Below are positions 23,710-36,844 of a DNA stretch of 64,000 bases, piece after piece. Source of the stretch: Camelus dromedarius (lineage: Eukaryota); the NCBI RefSeq assembly GCF_036321535.1, contig NC_087437.1, positions 15,006,001-15,070,000 on the forward strand, given 5' to 3'. The notes under the pieces are model-generated. The model ran no database searches, was not told the DNA's origin, and was given only the letters and a program-made list of their open reading frames with translations. Made by a program: the position numbers and the translations under genes. How positions within the stretch are numbered: position 1 is the first letter of the stretch; each line of letters starts with the position of its first letter.

Positions 23710-26700
23710 GCCTCATTTCTCTTCTGAACATCTCTGGGCTGAGCAGTAATGCACCCAGGATCTCCTGTAAGTTACCTGGAAACTGCTCTTTGAGTTTCCA
23801 ACAGAAATTTTAAGTATGTAAAGTGCTTTCCAATTGCTTTAAATTCACACGAAGGTGTGAAGCGGGGGCTTCCCATACCGGGAGGATCTGCTCTGAGACT
23901 ATCAGCCACAGAAAGGCCTAGCTGGGAACTGCTTAGGGGACAAAAGAGTGAAAAGCGGAGTAACCCCAAGCTAGCAGGAGGGGGATGAAATCAGGGAGCA
24001 CACAGCATCCTCCTTTTCCAAGAGAAAATGGGAAGTTACTGCCTCCTCAGGAAGAGAGGCACTGGTAGCTTCCCTCGGTGGTGACACACAGCATCCTACA
24101 CCTCGGAGAGAAGGGGGCGGGCATCGGGGAGCAGGGTGGAGAGAAGGTGGAAAAGCACCATCCTATTCTCCACCAGGCTCTTCCCTGAGCTGAGCAGGTG
24201 GGGAGGAGAGACAGCCAAATCCCAAAACGCCGCTAAAGGAACCGGAGTTTCATGGAGTAGCTGAGAGTTTAGGAATCTCCACCTGGCTTCTCATGCCAAG
24301 TTCCCCCTTCTCAAGGCCACAGCCACGGCCAGTGGCATCGTACTGGCTGGCAGGTGACTGCTGGATGGAAGGAGAAAATCCCAAGGAAACCAGCCGTGTC
24401 TTGGGACTGTGCAGGAGGAACGTTAGGTGTGGGTCCTGGTCGGTGCCAGCATTTCCTGAGCTTTCCCACAATCACCAAAACAGGCCACACCTGAATCCTG
24501 TATTTACAGAGCACGTTTGAGGCACACCCCAACGGCTGAGCCAGGCAAAGATTTACACAACAGCAGTAAACAGAGGAGACGGGACACCTGCCTGCCAGAA
24601 GCTTGCAGGACTTCTGTGCCTGCAGCAGTGCTGCGCTAAGCCCTTAAGACCTCCCTGGTTAGTCCTCAAGTCCAAGCGGGAACTCATGTCGTCCCCATTT
24701 GATCTAAGGGGAAACAAGCTGACAGCATCCTGCCCAGGGCCAGAGCCGAGAGCGGCCAGGATGAGGCGGCTGGACCAGGAACTGAGCTCCTATTCCAGAT
24801 GCTCCTCAGAATCCTTGGGTCCTGCTGGATTTCAGGATTTTTCTGGTTCGTTATTGTCACCACCGTGGACGTCATAGCCCTCACCGGGGATAGCCTTGCC
24901 AAGCCAAGGCACCTTCTTCTTGAGATGGGCTGGAGGTGGGGGCCTTGCCCTACTCAGTCGGTGCTCGACCCAATCTGGAAGGTCAGAAACTGGGGATTAA
25001 GGCCCCTGTGGGGTACAAGGAGGGTCCAGAAAGCGGGGTGGGGGGGGCAGTTTGAATGCCTGGCGCAGAGCACACCAACTGAGGCCTGGACTCATTGATC
25101 TGCTGCAAAAGGGAGTGACTTCTCCCCATCCTTCTAGGCCAGTTTTTCTCTTTCCTCAGAGCAGAAGCCCTCCCCTTCCCTGCCTGAGTGTTTCCCCAAG
25201 ACCACCCATACTTTTTCCACAGCTGTCAGGATAACATGGCTCAGACTCTGCCTGAACCTGTCAGCTTGGCCTCCCTGCTTAGAGCCCTCCCATTGCCCGT
25301 CCTTCCCCGTGGCCCTTGTCTGTCACTGCAGGTAAATGTGCATCGACACTGTGGCTGGTGTGTCCCGTCCCCGCCACAACCTGAGCAAGACTGACCGCAG
25401 GGCCGCCACCCTGACCCTCGGCCCCAGGGCTCCAGTGCAGGACTCACCAGCCTGCAGGGGACCCACCAGCGCTCAGAGCAGCGCCTGGGCCACCCTGTCC
25501 GAGGGGAACTTTGGGAAGGTGTCCTCTGCACTTTGTCTCTAGGGCCCTGGGGCAGAGCTTTACAAAGGAGCCCCTTGCCCACTGCTGCCCTGGCATCACA
25601 TAAGGGAGCTGGGGGGGGTAAGGGGGCCACCTGTGCCATGCTCCTCTCCCCCTGAAGGGCAGAGGCCCCTTCCTCACCGCATACCCCACCCTCAGCAACT
25701 GCCCTGGGTGGAAGGCGCTGGAACCTGGAAACGGAGACCTTGCACAGCCCACCTACTTGGTCACTCTCAGTGTCACCATAAAGAGCAGCAGGACAGCTGG
25801 AGCCATCACCTGGCTGGGCACTACCGCTGGGCCAAGGCCAAGGGGTACCCAAGAGGGGCAGCGCATTCAAGCAGCTCCGACAGGGCTGGGCAGTGGGAGG
25901 GGCCAGAGACATGGGGGGCGCCCTCCGCCCTCTCCTCTCCCCCCTCCGCCCCCACCCCCTATCCGGCCTGCAGTCGCCCTCCCCACACAGCTCTGTTCTC
26001 AAGGTCACCCCGTCCCACTTCCCCTCCAACAGCTCTCAGACAAGACTGCAGCACAGCGAAGCTCTTTCCGAGGACAAAGATTCAGCTCTACTGGCAGGAT
26101 TTTATAAAAAATAAGTAGGTAAATCATTATTGAGCTTTTTTCCTCTCTGCTCGTGTCTCAGCAATATTCCTGTAATCTTCTGGTAGTTTAGTCCCACACG
26201 ATTAAGCAAGGAGATGCATTTTTCCTCTTTTGAAAATTCATTACTTGAGCACTGACTAGGAGCCTCTAGAAAGAGGGAATGGAAACGCTAACTCTCCCTG
26301 GGCTTCTATTCAGTGCCAGACAAGAAATTCCTGGGTTTCCTCATGTAATCCTTGTCATGATCCGGAGTTCGTTCTTACCCCCAAGGTCACGGAGCTGGGA
26401 AGCAGTGGAGCTGCCGTATAAACCCAGATACGACGCCGAAGTCCTCACCTTGTGCACCACGTCGCGCCTGTTTATGGAAAGGTCTGACCAGCAGCAAAGC
26501 AGATCACAAAGGGCAGGGGCCCGGGTGGCTGGGCAGTCAGGAGGGCTGCAAGGAGGAGGCAGGGCAGCTGCGCAATGGTGGGAAGGGGGGTGAGGGGGCA
26601 AAGGAGAACAGGCATTTCAGGTAGGGGGAAACGGTGAGCAAACGCAGAGGCAGGGAAAGGAAAAGCTTGTGGGGAGAGAGGGGAGGCGACAAGCCAGGTT

Positions 26701-26941
26701 ACGGGGCGGTGGGGGCAGCAGCGTGGTCAAGAGTAGGGGGGACACACTTGGAAGCTTCTATAGCCACATCTGACCTTTGTCTCAGGGAAAATGGGGCCAG
26801 ACGGGGTGTGTGAGGAGAAGAGTAAGTGACAAACATTGTTAAAACAAGTGCCCTGAGGCCAGCAGATTGATTTAAACCAAATTCCATCTCTGGGGCCAGT
26901 TGTGGAGGGAGGGAAGGAACAGACAGAGGCAAGCCTGGGGG

Positions 26942-27360
26942 TGTTGCCGAAAAATCAGCCTCTGCACCCCAAGAAGCAAATTCAAACTCAGAGGCAGAGT
27001 ATGGGGAGCAAAGGAAAGAGCAGCTTTATAATTTTGCCCGGCAAAGGGAGTCACAGCAGGCTAACGCCTTAAAGATCGTGATCCCCTCTTGGGGTTGGGG
27101 TCTTGAGGTTTTATAGAAAAACTCGACAGAACAGAAAAGGTGATAACAATCAGGGTGTTTTACAGGGTGCCGTATTCCTCTTAACCTCAACGAATCTTCA
27201 GGAGGCACTCCGGCGGGTCTGTCCATTCTTCTGAATTATGAGTCCATTATCACCATCCTGGAGCGTAGCCTCTCGATTAAAGTTACTCTCAGTAGAGAAT
27301 GAATCAGCAAACAGTTTTGCATCAGGGAGTCAGTTTGTTAGTTCACTTTATACGCCTTCA
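26942..27360 (-). mobile_element. Solo ERV LTR (419 bp)
   Basis: TG...CA termini flanked by G-runs on both sides (compatible with a 4-5 bp TSD); minus-strand CTATAAAA at 27116-27109 and poly(A)-signal-position TATAAA at 27030-27025. Confidence 0.7.
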
Positions 27361-27419
27361 GGGGGGCAGGGGTGAGATGGCCGGGCCATGTGGCCACATC
27401 AAGGGGCGTGGATTCTCTC

Positions 27420-27835
27420 TCGGGGTGCCTGTGACTGTGGCAGAAATGGCACTGTGTGTGACTCTGAAGGCCGGGTTAGAAAAGGCAGCTCCGCTTCTGT
27501 CTGGGTCCCTCACACCCCGGGAGCTAGCCCTTCATCCCAGCCGCCATGCTGTGAGGAAGCCCAGTGCCGCCTATACGTGGGAGGACCACCCGGAGACACC
27601 CATGCAGCAAGAAAGGGACGCCCCCCGCCAGCAGCCAGCAGACCTGTGGGCGGGCCAGCCTTCAGATGACTCGAGCCCCAGCCTTGGAGCCCTCAAAGTG
27701 GAACAGAGACACCCTTTCCCCACCAGGACCCACCCAAACTACAGATTCCTGAGCATCAGTACACATTCTTGTTGTCTTGACCCACTAAGTTGTTTTTTTT
27801 TTTTTGGTAGAGGAGATTGTTGTTACACAGCATTT
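27420..27835 (+). mobile_element. Old MaLR LTR (MLT1F/G-like)
   Basis: cccagccgccatgctgtgaggaagccca...cccaaactacagattcctgagc...ttgttacacagca. Confidence 0.6.
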
Positions 27836-30800
27836 TTTTTAATTTACACATGTGTTTTAAGAAGAAAACTTGCACTTCTAAGGGGCAGGGGGACACATCT
27901 GGGGCAGGAGTCCAGCAAAAGAGGTTGGCTCTCAGTTAAAGCAGAGGCAGTGGGGCGGGGGAGAAGTGGGGAGCAGAGGAGGGTGACGGAACCCAGTAAC
28001 TGGTGAGATTTAGAGAAGAGCCCAGCCTCTTTGTCACCTGGCTTCAAGCCTGGCAGATGAAGCCATTCCTTAGTCCGAGTAAACTGGACACAGAGGAGAA
28101 ACACCAAGTCATCACCCTGGATTCAGGTCACCCATAAAAACTCTTTAAAACTGTCAGATCACAGCACAAATATCAGCACTACATTCAGGGGGGAAAATTA
28201 TGTAATGATTAATAATAATCATTCAACCTCATGAGCTGAGGATCTTAGCTTACTTTTCATTACTGACATCACCACGAAACAGTCATTTTCTTACCCACAT
28301 GTAAGCTGGGGGCTGAGGAGTCTCGCAAACCCATGGGCTGTCCAGATAAGCTCAGTCCCACACACCCTGGAAATTCCAGCAGAGCAGGGTGGACTGATGC
28401 TAGCCCTTCACCCACCTGGACCTCATCCACTGGGCCACTCACTCCACCAGCCTCCCATGGGCCCTAGTCTGCATCACAGTGGCAGGTTCTAGGTAATAGA
28501 TTTTTGATATGGGGCCACAATGTCCTCTGCATACAGCTGTCCCTTACCCACATCTCTCCACAGCTGCCATGTGAAGCCAAACCCTTCCAGGGCTTTGGGG
28601 TCAGTGCCCACGAGGGCTCCTAGGCTGGTGCCCGGGCCACACAGTGATAGCTGAGTGGACTATGAGCCCCAGACTCCCACTCCGACACTGTCTCCCTCCA
28701 TGAAAGACCTGTCTCCAACCTGTCATCTTCACGGCAGGTGTGGGTGGAGGTGGAGAGATTGCCGTGAGGGCCAGAAATGGGGAAAAATGTGAGGCAGAGC
28801 AGAAGAAATTAGCTGGAGACTTGGTAGAGGGTCTTCTGAGACTTGGTGGTGTGTGTTCCACCCACGGGACCTCCCCATCACAGAGCCAAGCCCGAATCTG
28901 CCCCACCGTCTGCTCTCAGCCATACACACACATGTCCCATCCACACCAGCTCTGGGGCGCCGCTGGGTGGTCGGTGGGTCCTTGTCTGGTCCTCCTCAAG
29001 GTCACAGAGCTGGGCCCTGAATGGAAGGCAGGAAAGATGGGGCAGAACTCACTGCCACCTCTAGGCTGCTCCAGCGGGCTGCCCACCTCTTGACGCCTGT
29101 GTTTTCAGGAGAGTGGTCCACATGCCAGGGAAAAAGTCTCTGCATCCTTGACCCACACGGCCCCCACCAGCCAGCCCAGGTCGGAGAAGGTCTGCAGCTG
29201 TCACCAGGTGGCCCTCGGGACCGAAAAGACAAATCTACTTCCCCAAGGCTCAGGCCAGCACCCCAGTCCCAGGATGGGCCCAGCTGGCTCAAACATCCCA
29301 CCAGCTCAGTTACAGGAACACAGATGGGAACTGCTGTGGAGTGCTGGGAGGGGCCTGCCCACCGAGGGGCCCAGGCCTCCTCCTGATGCTGGGAAGGTGG
29401 CCAGGCTGTCCTGGTCCAGTGTCCCTGCTCTGCAAGGGCCTGGGGAGAGGACCCCGCCCTTCCCCTGCACCCCCTGCCCACAAAGCCCCCCATTACTGGC
29501 CTGACCATGGGGTGCACAGCCCTTAGGCCCTGTGGTGACAAGAGGAACAGCTGGACAGGGGAAGAGCTGCATCTGTCTGATCCTTGTTTCCTTTTGTTGT
29601 TTTTACAAACCATAAAACCCAGCCCATCCTTCCTGAAGAGTGGACAAGCATGGGGCGCCAGGGGCTTGGCTCCCATTGCGCATCCCACCCTGCCGCCCAT
29701 GCTCAGAAAAGCAGCTCTGGCCTGGGAGCTCTGCCAGCTCCTACCTGAGCCCTGAGGGGCTGGCTGGCTCACCGTAGGCTAAATGAGGAAACACGTGAAA
29801 ATCCCATTTCAAACCGTCCCCCAAAAGATTCAGACGGTAATTAAGAAATATGCAAAGCTGTTCATTGGACACTTTAATTAAGTGTGTTAAATCCCTCTGC
29901 CAGAGGATGCTCAGCCACCTGGGCCTCACCGGGGGACCCGGGGAAGACAGAACAGAGAGGGAGGAGGAGGGGTTGCGGGCCAGTGGTGGGGGCTGGTCTG
30001 GCCCCGGCCTTTTCTCCCCCTCCAGTTGCGAGCTGGCCCATTCCTGACCTTCTCGCTTGCCCATTGTCCTCCGCCTGCCCCATCTCCTCTGTTTAAGCCC
30101 AGCGATGCCAGGGAGGCCTGCCCTGCGTCAGGGGCCGCCAGGTGCCCTCCACTCCCCGCTCCCCACCAACATGCACCTCAGCTCCGCCGCTCACCAGGCT
30201 AAGAGGACCAGGGAGGTCAGGCTAGATGGTCTTCAAGGCCTGCTTCCGCTTTCAGATGAGTGGCAACACTTCCCAAGCCTGGAATGTGGCTGGATGCAAG
30301 CACCCAAGGAGGGCTCATTGCTGGCTGTGGGCGGAGTCCTCTGACCTTGGACCTCACTAACCTTCAGATATTTCATCCTAGCCATCCCCACTTCCACCCT
30401 CACCCGGCCTGGGAGCCTGAGAGATCAAGAAGGGGCTGAGGGGCACAGCGGCCAGAAAGGGTGCCCCGCCCGGAGGGAGAGGCTGCGCTGCCCGCGTGAC
30501 TGCTGTGCACAGGGTGCTCACACTCATTTGATAGCCCAGGTTAACCCTTTCCTTTTTATTTTCCCCCCAAAAGAATCATGGTGATTTCTGAAGATAAAAC
30601 TGTTTAAAATAATATCAGGGTATAGCAGCCACCAATAACAATAGTGAACAGCTACCCAGTCCCTCTGAATGCCCCTACTGTGTCTGCAGAGGTCCAAAGC
30701 CATCCTCCCCAGTGCAGGAGCTTCTCTTGCAGCTCTGCTGTAGGCACACGGCCTAAGCTTCTGCCATCAGATGCTCACATGACACTCACCAGAAATGACG

Positions 30801-31209
30801 AACATGAATCTAGTGACGTGTGGGATGCCCCTGGATTCCACACAAAGGGGCGGCCATGATGTGGGTTTCAGCATCAGCCTTGCCAGTACCCAGCACAGGG
30901 ACTGTATCTCCCCCTGGACCAGTCCTGATGTGACTTACGCTGCTGCTCCAAGCCTGGTTCTCTGGTCCTCCCGGAGACTCTGAACTGCCCAGTCATCCCT
31001 CTCATATATTCACTGCCTGCTCAAATCAGCTGGATAGCAAGAGCAGATTTCTCTTATTTGCAACTAAGAATTCTGAGGGAGGTACAAGGCACAGGATAAA
31101 TAAGCTAAAAAGATAAGACTGGAGCAAAAAGTTTGTCCGGATATATATCTTATAACATCTTACCCAGTCACTGAGGTCAGACTAATTGCCTGAGCTCCCT
31201 GGCAGTCAA

Positions 31210-31212
<3 letters not shown>

Positions 31213-31241
<29 letters not shown>
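31213..31241. repeat. Poly(A)29 run
   Basis: Directly visible; no adjacent retroposon body recognised. Confidence 0.85.
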
Positions 31242-31244
<3 letters not shown>

Positions 31245-31534
31245 CAGTTTTCATGAAAAAAAACCCCAAACTAGTTGCTGAAAACAAGCTTTATAAGAGT
31301 TGGGTAGCAGAAAGTTCTTGCAAAAGGTCTAGCATGCAGAAATCCTGCAGCCCATTAAAGGGCAAATTTATGTTTATATAACTAATTGGATGAATATCAT
31401 GGATGAAACTTAAGGATGCCAACTGGAATGACAACAACCCCTACCCAAGCCAATGTCTGCAGTTAGGGGCTCAGACCAGTGTCCCCTGCAAACAAATGAT
31501 TAAATGAAAAAGCAAAGGCACAAGACGTTAGCTT

Positions 31535-33560
31535 CTGGTCAACATGGAGTAACAGGGACCAGATTTATCTTCTCACTGGGAACAACCAAAAGACAGACAA
31601 AATATATGAGAAAATGATTTTCAAGATAGTACATCAGGCAGTGAAAGACACCCTGAGAGACATGAAACAGATGAGTGAGTGCCCCCACGACTTCCCCCAA
31701 ATTGTTGCTTTGAGAAAATTTCAGGACGCAGCACACGGAGTGGGGAGCAGGTGAAATCTGGAAGACTCCTTAAGTTGAGGAGATAGAGCTGAAAGTCCAG
31801 AGAAAACAAGGCAGCAGAAGGTCACAAGACAGAGTACCGAGAGGAGGCACAGAGAACACCAGAGGTCTGCAAAGCGGCCGAAGTCTTCAGCTGAGGATTG
31901 ATCAGCAAATGTGTGTAAAGAAATGACTCAAGTCTTGGGAAAGAACCACCCAAATGGATTAAAGGAAAACCATGCCTGGCATCCACACAGGCCTGGGGAG
32001 AGTGCCTGTTCCTACCAACTCGAGGGAAAAGCATCCTCATTCACAGGACATGGGAGTTAATTCAGAAGGGCTGTGCCTCAGGAGGGGGAAATAATTAGCC
32101 CAGGACTGAGCCCCACTCCAGCCCAGCTAACAAGCCCTAAAGATATTTATAGGAATACAAAACCTATCCAACACACAACACAGCAAAGTTCACGATGCCT
32201 AGCATCCAATAATAAATCACCAGGCTAAAGAAGCAATAAAGTGGGTCCTTAATGAGGAGGGGGAAAAAATCAATCAAAATCAACCCCAAACTGACACAGA
32301 TGTTAGAATTAGCAAACAGACATTAGAAAACAGCTATTATGACTGCATTTCATATGTTCAAACAGTTGAACAGAAACATGGAAGATATTAAGAAAGACAC
32401 AAATTGACCTCCTAGAAGGGAAAAAAAACTGCAACATGGGAGATGAAAAATACACTAGATGTGGTTAGCAACAGATTAACTGCAGAAGAAAAGGTCAGTG
32501 AACTTGAAGACATAGTAAAACCTAAAATAAAACACACAATAAAAAGAATAGAAACAGATGATTGGAACACCAGTGAGCTGTTGGATGCCATCAGGTGGAC
32601 TAACACGCATGCAACTGGAGTCACTGAAGGACTGGTGGGGGCAGGGGGTAACAGAAAAAAATTTTGGAGAAATAATGACTGAAAATATTCCACATTTGAG
32701 AGAAAATATAAATCCACAGATCCAAAAAGTTCAACCTACTGCAAGCAAAGGAAACATAAAAGAAAGCACACCAAGGCACATCATAATCAAATGGCATAGA
32801 ATCAGGAAGGAAGGGGGAAAAAAGTAAAAATAAAAGTAGCCAGGGGGAAAAAAAGACACATTTTATTGAGAGAAACAAAGATAACAAATAAATATAAAGA
32901 AGACTGCAATTTCTTCCTCAAAACAAGGCAAGCAAGAAGACAATGGGGCACTATTGGTAAAGCGCGGAAAGAAAAACCCATTGACCTAGAATTCTGTAAC
33001 TTTCTAGATAAATAATATCTAACGTCTTTCAAAAACAAAGATGAAATAAAACCTTTCCCAAATACTCAAAAGCTGACAGAATTCATTACTAGCAGACCCT
33101 CACAACAAGAAATGTAACAGGTAGTCCTCCAGGAAAAAGTCAAATGATACCAGATGGAACTGTGGACTTACGTAACGGGATGGGGAACACAGGAAACGGT
33201 CCCTCCATGGGTAAATATGTAAGATTTCTTTCGTATCATTTAAATCTCTTTAAAAGATAACTGACTGCTTAAATCAAAACAACAAAAATATATTGGACCT
33301 AAGGAAATATAGAAAATCTTTGTTACCTTGTTAGAAACCACACAAACCCAAAGAAATGCAGAAGCCATGCAAACCTGAAGAAAATGAAGTGACATCTCTG
33401 AAGTCCTGGAGGAAAAATAGTGTCAACACAGATTTCTATACCCAGCAGAAGTCTTTCAAAAATGAAGGTGAAATAAAGAAGTCAGATGCCAAGACAATTT
33501 ATTGCTTGCAGACCTACAGCACCAGAAAGGAGGTTCTTTGGGCAGAAGGAACAGGACATC
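31535..33560 (+). mobile_element. Ancient L1M 5'UTR + ORF1 remnant(s)
   Basis: ORF1p-like peptides MKNTLDVVSNRLTAEEKVSELED and EIMTENIPHLRENINPQIQKVQ...STPRHIIIK in the ORF track; a second ORF1 3' fragment at ~33340-33560. Confidence 0.8.
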
Positions 33561-36307
33561 CACACACTCACACTTACATCACACAGGGTCAGTACACACC
33601 CTGTACAGTCTGACAGACCTGCATTTTAATCCTGGTTCTGCCACTTATCTGCTGTGTGATCCTGGGTTAGTTACTATCCTCTCTGAGGAGTCCTCATTTG
33701 TACAAGGGGCAGAAGTGCCTACGTTACAGAAGTGCTATGAGTCCCTCGAGAGCAGGAAAAAGTTAACATTCTGGGTGAAAGGCATAAATGAAGTCTTTAT
33801 ACTATTCTTGCAACTTTCTATAAGCCTAAAATTACATCAAAATAAAAAGTTAATGGAAAAAAGAAACAAAGAAATGTGACTTTTTAAATTATGCACACAC
33901 ACGAACACATGTGTATTACATCCATGTCTCAGGGATTCCAAGCACATTCAGGAAATGGCTTGTTCTGATTAATTAAGCACTCTAGACAACATGAAATTTT
34001 CTTAAGGAACCAGAATGTACCTGCACGTGGCATCAACAGTCTTCACAAAGAACTAGGACCTAGCGGGGCACTGGGGAACTGCTGTGAGCCCTCCTAACCA
34101 TGGAACATCCACACACACACAAACACACACGCGCGCATGCGCACACGTGTGCTCAACTCAGCAGGCACCAGAAGCTCTGGTTGGGGTCCGGGGGACTCTC
34201 TGGTGTCTTAGCTGTGAAACTGAGATCCTGGTCAAGAATGACATCTTCAGGATTTCTTGAAAACCACCTGAGATTTGACCACACAGCTCATGTGGGCTGC
34301 AGAGCTCCCAACCACAGTCAGCCCATCCACCATCTCAAACACTCCTGGCAGCTTCGAAAAGGCACAGGACCTCTCCAGGCTCCAACAGCAGCACCAGCGC
34401 CTGCTAGTTCTGAGTGCTAGCCACCCTCCGCCCCGAGGTGGGACAGAAGCCCCCACCCGCAGTGCACACACAGCTACCCTCCAGGCTGGCTTCCCTGGAC
34501 GGCCGGACCCAGGTGGGCAGAATGCACTTCATTCCAAATGGCTTGAGGCTCAGCTCAACTCCAGCCAGACCCCACACTGGCCAGTCATGTCACGTGTCTG
34601 AGTAGCTGCATGAGTGCTGGGAGGAATTAACTCCTAGTGAGGATGTGTATGTTTGAGAGAAGGAGGAAGCACATGCTGAATTCCCCACTGCCAGCTGACC
34701 TTTTGACAAGGCTGGTATTAATGCAATTTGGTAGTTTATTTAACTGAGAGGAACTCTTGGCCCATCCACAGCATGGAGGTTGGCAAAGTAATATACATGC
34801 TCACATTAATGCTTTTTCTCCCAAGGCAAATTGCTGGCGGTGTTGATGTTAAAACTTCACTCACAGGGAGGAGTGGGGCAGGGACAATGGGTAAACAGTG
34901 CTGAGAGGCACGGCTTGTGTTTCCCAGATGGTCAGCTGAGGTCCAGTCAGAGGGCCTTGTGACAATGGACCCACAGCTCCCATCCAAAGGGGCCCAGCTG
35001 TGACCTGGCCATGAGGCCAAGCTTGTCCGGGCAGGTGGAAGGTGGCCTCTAGGTCCTGGGCTGCTGGAGGCAGGGCATCCTTTGGAGGAAGCCTGGGCTG
35101 GCCGACCGCGGGTGCTGACTTTACAGCCTCCATGAGCACAGCGAGCTGCTCCCAGCATTTGCCTCTTCCTGTCCCTGCACACATCCTCACACAGCCTGCT
35201 GTCTCTATTCTCCTTTTGCTGCTCTGCCAAGGAGGACAGGGCACAATCCCAGCCCCTGCAGGTCCAGAGCTAGCTGGTGAGGGGAGAGTGGACGTGGAGA
35301 CCTCCCCATTCAGCCAAGAGGAAGAAGACCCCTCCTGCCTTAGGGCACCTGCTCAGGATTCAACTTCCAGGTGAAGTTTAGAGATGAGGACCACTGTTTC
35401 TGGGGTGGAAAACACACTCTCGGTCTCTGGGACCCTGGGCCTGAAACGGCACAGGACCACCCAGCAGGCAAGGAGGAGCTCTATGTCTCCAGCCTTTGTG
35501 GACCAGAGATGACTGCTGGCCAGGCACTGTGGTGGCCAGAGAACCAGCCTATGGGAACAAGGAAGTGGGTCGATATCCAGGTCTGCGCCTGGACTTGGAT
35601 GCCCTGGTACCACAACAAGGAGATGTAGCCAGGCTTACCTGTCCCCATCTCACAAGCTCCAGCTCCTTAAGCAGGCCTTCTCAAAAGCAGCATCACAGAT
35701 GGTGTGAACTATCGAAGACTCTGGAACCAACCTGGCCCAAGCCCCTCACTGAGCTGAGGACATGTGAGGTCAGAGAAGAAGGATCACTTGCCCAAGATCA
35801 CACAGCACTGGGGTCACAGGCAGACAGGAACTCTCCTGGTGCACAGCCAAGGGCTCCACCCCTGAGGTTTCCCTGAGCCCACAGGCTTACCAAAGTGCGC
35901 ACACGACAGGAAGATCCCACCTCCTGGGCCCCAGTGGAAACACACAACACGGGAGGAGCAGCAGAGATTAAACCAAACTAAGGCCCCAAACCCCAAAGAC
36001 AGATCAGAGTGGCCTCAGAATACCAAGCCATGGCAAGAAGGCACCTAGAGATTTGTCTGATCCAGTAACAGAGAGAAAAATCAGAGGCCCAGGAGGCAGG
36101 TGGGTTTCCTCAAGGCCACACGAAGGGAGAGCAGCAGCAGAACCAGTACCCGACTCCCAGGGGCCTCCCTCGGGCCTGCTTTGGGTGGCCCCAGGCAGCT
36201 GCTTAACTGGGGACAGGTCACAGCCCCTCCTGGAGCCTCCAACTCCTTGTCTACAAGAGGAGGGCATCGCTAAGGTGTGTCCTCCCTGGAAAATCTTCAC
36301 CCCTGTC

Positions 36308-36844
36308 TGTATTAGTTATCTTCTGCTGTGTAACACACACCACAAAGTTAGTGGATCAAAACAGCACACATTTCTTATGTCACTGTTCCTGTGGAGCAGG
36401 AGTCTGGGCTCGGCTTTTCTGGGTCCTCTGCTCAGAGTCTTACAAGGCTACAATCGTGTCCTGGCTGAGCTCCGTGTCTCTCAGGAGCCCGCGGTCCTCC
36501 TCCAAGTTCCTGTCTGTGGTTGTTGACAGAATTCAGTCCCTTGTGGCTGGAGGACTGAGTCTCTATTTTCCTGCAGGCTGTCAGCCAGGGGCTGCTTTTG
36601 CCCTAGAGGCCACCCACAGTTCCTAGCCACGTGACCTCCTCATTGCCCTCTCACCACACGGCAGCTCACTTCTTCAAGGCCAGTAAGAGGAGTCTTCTAA
36701 AGAAACAACCGTGGGACTGACAGCCCCTCATCTCTGCCCTACAATACTGGCAAGAGGCAAGGGTTAGGTTCCACCTGCACTCAGAGGGAGGGGACCAGAC
36801 AAGGGGGTGTCCCATTCGGGTCACCTTAGGTCACATCTGCCACA
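36308..36844 (-). mobile_element. MaLR LTR, MLT1E/F-like
   Basis: Begins tgtattagttatcttctgctgtgtaac (reverse complement of an MLT 3' end); gacagaattcagtcccttgtggctg. Confidence 0.75.

Noticed and set aside
31213..31241. Processed pseudogene or retrocopy tail
   Set aside because: No upstream coding remnant and no convincing TSD around the poly(A) run.
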